NCBI RefSeq assembly: GCF_964355755.1
Contig: NC_092678.1
Coordinates: forward strand, 13,018,352-13,082,351
DNA length: 64,000 bases
Direction: 5' to 3'
Source of the DNA: Antedon mediterranea
Lineage: Eukaryota; Animalia; Echinodermata
Below, in pieces: positions 59,401-64,000 of this stretch. The notes beneath the pieces are model-generated. The model was not told the origin of the DNA. It did not search any database and saw only the letters and a list, made by a program, of their open reading frames with translations. The number at the start of each line of letters is the position of its first letter. The stretch's first letter is position 1. Both the position numbers and the translations under genes were made by a program.

Positions 59401-62400
59401 CTTTTCGCTTTTATTTTGTATCTCCATTGAGATCCAGCCACTGATACCCACAGCATTGTCATTTTTTCAGTAATTTGCCTTTGGATTTATATATTTTTGT
59501 ATACATCATTTTCTCTAATTTATATGTTACAATGTTTTAAAGTAGTTGCAGTAAATTACCATTTGCTTATACGATACTGTATATACATACATTATTTATT
59601 TTGATTTTATAAAACCATTCATTTAAAAAAAAAGTGTATCAAAATATAATGATATTTTAAATAACGATAAACATTGTAAAAAGGTACTTAATGACAATGG
59701 TCATTATTCTATTTCTGTTATAATTAACTATACTTTTATTATTTTAGCTACTAGAGAGCAGACAACACAAGTAACTAGTAAGTTATCATCGTTACTACAA
59801 CCAATTCTCGTACGGTACGGTACCGTATCTAGAGACAATACATGGAACCTGTGGTTTCTTCTAAACTGACTCTACAATCGTACTCCAGCTAATAATAATA
59901 ATAATATTCGTGCTTCGCGCTTATTGCACAATCCTTTTAAGCGCTTCACATGATTACTCCGGTCATTTTTTCGGATCAAACACGTATGGAAATATACTCC
60001 CATATTGCAACTAGTAATCAGCGCAGAGTTGTGTTTTTACCTAATGGGATACCTAATAATACACCTGGGTGGAGAAAGAAACGTAAGTAAAATGTCTTGT
60101 CTGAGGACAACGCGGCGATTTGAACTCACGATCCAACTTGCTATATACACTACGCCACACGCCCTCTGTAAATGTTTTGAAAACGCAAGGCAGTTATTGG
60201 ACTGAATTTTTAGTATTTCGACTTAGCTCCTAATCATCAATAACAAATATCAATAACACGTAATGAATCTAAATCTAAATATATTTAGATTTAGATTCAT
60301 TACGTGTTATTGATATTTGTGCGTTATGGATGTCCATGTTACAGTCACCTGACATGAAACAGTCCCATCGCTTATTGTCTCTGGACGAAGAAGTACTTTA
60401 TGAAAATCGCCTGACTAGTGTAAATAAAAAAAATTGCACATTCATGTTCTTGTTATCTCGAATGTATAAGATGTAATGTTTTAAGTATAAGTAACTATTT
60501 AATGTTAAGACAAAAATACATTTTGATAATAATAGATAATTATAATTATTATATTAATTAATACCATATCTAAAACATCTGTTTTATTTACTTTACTGTA
60601 TATAGCAACAAGACCTACAACTCTAGGAACTAGTAAGTTAACAGTTTTATACCTTTTATTAACATATAGTTCGTCACAGTACGGTACAGTATCACATTTA
60701 TAACATTAATTCAAATTAGTGACGTTTCCGGTATACTTAATACCGTAACGAATGTTTATGGATTGAAATGGTAAAATGGTGAAAGGCATGAGTCGAAAAG
60801 TTAAAATTCGCTTGCGTTGCGGCTCATGTCCTTCCGTTGTGATCTATTCGGAACCAAGCTTTATAAATAGTTAGTATGTTGTTTCAATAAAGGTATATTG
60901 TCCCGCTGGACAATTATGTTTTTGTAGAATATGCCATTACATAGTGAAACTTAAAATGCACTCCTATTCGATACCATCTAGCTCCGCGTCCCTTTTTAAT
61001 ATACATGTTATTGTTTGTATTTAATGTTAGGCAGACTGTTTAGATGTTTAAATCTTTATGACACTATTGTGTCTTTTGGCAAGTTTGTGATACAGTATGG
61101 TGATATGAGATTCCGTTTTATTTTCTGTTTTGTTGTCTTGGCAAATTTGTTTTTCCTGATATATTCATTTTTTTCTTCACTTAAGAGTATGAAACAATAA
61201 TGTTTATGGAACGCGCTTTATAAATATATTTAAATTAACAATGTCACCTAACAAATCGGATCGGAAAAAAAATATATTTACCTAAAAAAATCGAATTAAA
61301 AGCAAAACAAAAGTCGAATTAGCTTCCAGTTAATTATTGTTATTTTGTGTTATTAAGTAAATCATTAAACCACAAAATGGCCTATTCAAAATCAGATTGT
61401 ATTAATATTTAAACAATGTCGCATGACACTTTGTTAAAAGGTCGAATGGAACAAAAAATGCATTTACCTACAAACATGACATTTAAAGCAAAACAGTCGG
61501 ATTGGCTGCCGGTTTAATTTATTGTTTATTTTTTGTTATTAAGTGAAGACATAATTAAGGAAGTGTTTGAACTTATTAAACTACAAAATGGTATATTCAA
61601 AATCTGATTTTATTAATCTTCCTTTATTTGAATGAAATGCATTCGTAAGTGGTAATCCAATGATAAGTACATGCATGCATTTTTACACAACTTTATTTAT
61701 TACTTTAGCAACCAGCCAGCCAACACAAAGAGACAGAACCAGTAAGCGAAGTTTTATTTATTTAATTTATTTTTAGTAAACTATTTTCTTAAAACATGCT
61801 GGCCTTTCATGCCTTTTTGTTATTTTATAGGTTTCGAGTTCCTTTTTTGTATGGAATTCATAATATTTATGCCTGTATACTAAATATTGTAAATTAGTGA
61901 GTAAACATTGTAGAAACAACATTTTTTCAAGAAACTTCAATGTAATCAATGATTGATATACTAACGGTATAATAACAAATGTACACTTTTAAAATGTCAT
62001 GGTACCTTCTCTTCTTATTATTGAGTATTGTTTGAAATAATTTACTTTCTCAGGCGTTGGTGTTACACACTATTTGGTTAGATCACCTGATTATGGCTTA
62101 TTCGTTTGTTTCAATATTGAAGGCTACCCAGGCGATGTTTATCGTTTGATTCAAGATCCTAAACAAGGTGTGTTAAATTCATAAACTAAACTCATTGAAG
62201 CATATATAGGAAAGCCTATTTGTAACATACTAATTCATCATGATGTAGTGTAAGTAGTGACATACTGTATATCTGACCTGTAATGATATCTCGGTCTGGT
62301 ATATTCTGAAAATTCCTTTTTATCTTATTTTATTATTCATTACCTTTAACATTACCGCATAGATATCACTAATTATGATTACATTCAATGTCAACTAGAG

Positions 62401-64000
62401 TAATAAGGAATGAATTATCTTTAAAATTTACAAATTAAAGTAATGACAAACATATTAATTTTATTTGAAGAGAACTGAATGAACGATATTTGCTACAAAA
62501 AAATCGATCATATGCCTACTCTCCAAAGATCCTTAATTATAATACTGTATAAAGAAACTAACCTTGCACATCGGACAATCCTTCTTGGATATTAAGAGAA
62601 TGGAGATAGCAATACTTAATAGAGGGAAGATCGGACCTGCTTTGGAGTCGGGATGATTTGGGGAGATGAATGGGAAAATCAGACGAATGCAAAACTTTCG
62701 GTGGTATGCTCTTAGTGTTTGAAAAGTAAAAGTGGCATCTTATCATACATGACATTGATTATGCTTATTTAAATGATTGGTTTTCTTCTTACTCTATTGA
62801 CATTGACCAGAATCTCGAATGAAATTAGGCAATACACTGTGATATCTATGCATTAATGCTATTGAAAAAAAAAGAATATTCAGAATAAAACCAGACCAGG
62901 ACGGGTCAGATACAGAATGCCACTGAAATCAATTATGATGGTATACTAGAAGTTGTAATGTTGTCGAAGAGGTCAAAATATTATTGTCCAGGATTAATTA
63001 AAACAATGGATATAAATTAGTTAAATAAAGAGGCAATAATTAACAAATCGTATGGGCACCGTGTTATAAAAAAAAATTCACAAGTTCGATAACATTATGA
63101 CGAATCGTACTTTATTTTGGAATGCCATTTTTTTTGTCATTTTTAAACATTTTAGTTTATATTTAGATTTTGTATATGTTATGCATTTCATTGTATCTTT
63201 TATTGTAAACTTAACTTCAATTATGCTATAAACATTACTATAGGTTTACGTTTCATAGCTTTATTATATTTGTTTACGGTCGTTAACGGCGTATAAGTAA
63301 TTTCGGTCACGCTTCGTCACATTCGCGGCAAACAATTTACGACATGAGGTGGGTAAAAATTGCGTATAAAAGTATAATGTTCTCGTTAAATTCCAGATTT
63401 TAAACGATGCAAGTTAAAAAAATGTGGCACACTCAAGCGAAATCAGACATTGGTTTGAATTTTCAAAAATTGATATTTTCACAAATACTGAAACAATGAA
63501 ATATAATTGAACTATTCTTCGAACAGATTGGTTTTTACATGGTGCTTTATTGAGTTTAATAAACTCAACAAGCAGTTGACTAGATGTTACACATACTGTA
63601 CAACAATCCCACGGATTTCTTTCTAACCCCTTGAGTTATGTCACTGTATACAAAAACAGCGCTCATTGTTTCTGTCAACAATGACGAATACTGTCATCAT
63701 AAAAACGCAATATTAATGTATGTGCTTAAATTACAAAGATAATTATTTTGTTTTTATAGGAATCAACGTCAAGGGTGAGCTTAGTGTCACCCCTTATTAC
63801 TTAAATGCAGAGAAGAGTAAACTTCCGTTTTTGAGAAAAATAAATGTTGAGTATAGAAATTCAACGATAGTCGTAACACCGTCATATATGAAAGTGGAAG
63901 ACGTTGTCCTCTTTTGGCAAAACATCCATTGGCGGGGTGACCAACATTTATCACTAACCGTAACAAATGACAAAGTTCGGGTAATGATTGGTACAGATAT
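38861..64000 (+). CDS. ITIH: ITIH-like gene B (spliced; 3' end beyond window), tandem paralogue of gene A
   Basis: Exons 38861-38992, 39309-39341, 40007-40167, 40824-40934, 42164-42296, 42448-42717, 44378-44663, 45069-45598, 46040-46292, micro-exons 46848-61741, 62054-62167 and 63760->64000. Sizes and phases match gene A (132/33/161/111/133/270/286/530 vs 515/253/114). MIDAS DVSGS is intact. Confidence 0.92.
40948..41761. mobile_element. Mutator-like MITE with long repetitive TIRs and 9-bp TSD
   Basis: GTTTAATTA|GGGTGTCTAGAAAACTCAGATCT ... AGATCTGAGTTTTTTAGACACCC|GTTTAATTA. The arms stay complementary well into the element, and the centre has GGTACGAGTT repeats. Confidence 0.85.
43230..44010 (+). 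mobile_element. Decayed 3' fragment of an L2-group LINE
   Basis: Remnant translations LVLPYLSYC, HTKSLFHKHN and HSHNTR resemble L2/Crack RT C-termini, followed by an AT-rich tail with AATAAA. Confidence 0.45.
45797..45868. repeat. 18-19-bp minisatellite, ~4 copies (ACCGGTATTACGATCAAA)
   Basis: Visible tandem repeat. Confidence 0.75.
46395..46492 (-). mobile_element. Second copy of the (CCGA)n-bearing dispersed repeat
   Basis: Reverse-complement similarity to 14195-14303. Confidence 0.5.
47627..48331 (+). CDS. L1 ORF1p, copy 2
   Basis: Identical to copy 1 except one P/H change. Confidence 0.9.
   Translation: MATKTRSKADSEDKLDTIIGKLKKLEILDAINERLVILEEDFKNMWQKVRDMEASQESLQANLDEKADSQDMEVLQNRVDELENRQRRNNIVIFGIPEQSEGNNCSDYILGFFKTYLKVDSNRHMDIERAHRTPTFLPTGGKRAKYPRPIHIAFNKFTDKIKVMKGAVNLKNSPFSGKKVWITDDFTPNLRIKRKRLWAKRKRLLEEKPGRKVFLNYPAVLRIVEEDGSSRLVQ
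48429..49220 (+). CDS. Extra inter-ORF protein, copy 2 (263 aa)
   Basis: Translation identical to 18638-19429. Overlaps the ORF2 ATG at 49213. Confidence 0.6.
   Translation: MPVRGISVMIVLILIFFRYFFRCLKKKIRLLLYLKRIYVSGVWKGEGYTGFFYPLLGGFSLFLFFYFILFLLYNKKKLNTYANFNTRYDRTIGNLNTKVIRIATAQGYFGLRLHTNFTLPNDLGKCSCPLIINNKNYWILEVNTNYDSFISAGTWCIDIVGPLKNFRKNTVKIKENIGEQSSKLIIVCNKNLINIKCKFYERSKIQCNRISPLLIEAKTIFGLLWFMVVAQNNHYDTIYTLALLFYLPLYINKISKKITIKNV
50731..51246 (+). pseudogene. DIRS-type RNase H domain (5'-truncated remnant of the RT-RH ORF)
   Basis: W.EF..NFNG, LFTDASGSIG, HSIAAKEMFPI, QSDNLAVV and HIQGVKNVLADWLSR give the D-E-D-D residues of DIRS1-like RNase H. No upstream RT and no start ATG ahead of the first motif. 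Confidence 0.85.
51324..52238 (+). CDS. Tyrosine recombinase of the retroelement (~304 aa)
   Basis: Catalytic motifs FMRVGEL (R), HSKT (K), GHSFRIGAAT (HxxR), GRWSS and FKTYIR (Y), with an N-terminal core-binding domain. The listed start is TTG, not ATG. Confidence 0.88.
   Translation: MWPSRANLSQSARQLIKASLSTSSRKAYLRSWELLNRWSVDKRTLPLLPTHLCNFIAFLFEKGYAPSTIHSHVSAICFIHKIHSFPDPSDSFLVKKTLRGMHASANSKDTRLPITIDILRKLIRALDTTVTSRKMRMLLSAFFLVAFQGFMRVGELAARSGMEAKVLQRDDITFTSTGMNLTLRHSKTSTGKPPIIVNITSQTNKAFCPVHHLRVYLDSFGHTHGPLFQHMNGKPVTPQFVSSCIKTAISCIGLNTNLYKGHSFRIGAATHAAGLGLSEHIIQKMGRWSSDAFKTYIRIHSFKI
57912..58549 (-). mobile_element. Helitron-like non-autonomous repeat (copy 2), without satellite
   Basis: ACTAGAGGG-TGAGCTCGCTTCGCTCGCTCC-CCCTCTAG hairpin. 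Homologous to 35599-35946; a related terminus sits at 47042. Confidence 0.55.
59325..59363 (+). ncRNA. Minimal type I hammerhead ribozyme motif (Penelope-like pLTR type)
   Basis: GCA-CTGATGA-A-GGGC-TAGTGTT-GCCC-GAA-AGCT-C-TGT: both core boxes, a 4-bp stem II, a palindromic AGCT stem III and a short stem I. Confidence 0.6.
59891..60160 (-). mobile_element. tRNA-derived CORE-type SINE with L2-like tail
   Basis: Minus strand: A-box GTGGCGTAGTG, B-box GAGTTCAAATC, CORE-like TGTCCTCAGACAAGACATTTTAC..TCTCCACCCAGGTGTA, tail TGTGAAGCGCTT..AAGCGC..(TAT)n. Confidence 0.7.
60243..60320. repeat. Perfect 78-bp spacerless palindrome
   Basis: ACAAATATCAATAACACGTAATGAATCTAAATCTAAATA|TATTTAGATTTAGATTCATTACGTGTTATTGATATTTGT. 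Confidence 0.95.
61237..61618. repeat. Old two-copy tandem duplication (~175-205 bp units), intronic
   Basis: AACAATGTC..ATTTACCTA..AAAGCAAAACA..GTTATTAAGT..ATTAAAC.ACAAAATGG..TATTCAAAATC.GATT.TATTAAT appears twice. Confidence 0.65.

Larger units (their letters stand above)
46848..61741 (+). other. Micro-exon array of gene B (phase 1-1)
   Basis: 46848-46916 (69 nt, KSSGAGSSASSASASVPYRSGR), 57386-57460 (75), 57793-57861 (69), 58605-58646 (42), 58973-58999 (27), 59748-59777 (30), 60606-60632 (27), 61709-61741 (33). All are AG/GT-bounded, in frame and stop-free. Confidence 0.75.

Noticed and set aside
62558-62755. Possible RT-like fragment on the minus strand
   Set aside because: Similarity is too weak to support by eye.

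Overview
AT-rich eukaryotic (animal, probably marine invertebrate) genomic DNA, not prokaryotic. The window holds two tandem, same-strand paralogues of an inter-alpha-trypsin inhibitor heavy chain (ITIH)-like gene. Gene A is complete (311-29884); gene B starts at 38861 and runs off the window end. Each encodes signal peptide, VIT, vWA (intact MIDAS DVSGS) and an ITI C-terminal domain. The linker before the C-terminal domain is built from arrays of short symmetric phase-1 micro-exons, and both copies lack the GDPH cleavage motif. Introns and the intergenic spacer are dense with mobile DNA: a degenerate AcademX-type transposon; two nearly identical L1-clade LINEs with an unexpected third, hydrophobic ORF between ORF1 and ORF2; a Ngaro/PAT-type tyrosine-recombinase retroelement lacking gag/RT nested in the second LINE; a CR1/L2-group LINE; tRNA-derived SINEs; Kolobok-, Mutator- and Academ-type non-autonomous elements; Helitron-like repeats, one abutting a 40-bp satellite; and a minimal hammerhead-ribozyme motif. 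Exon boundaries were read by eye from GT/AG sites, frame continuity and paralogue comparison. No database search was possible.
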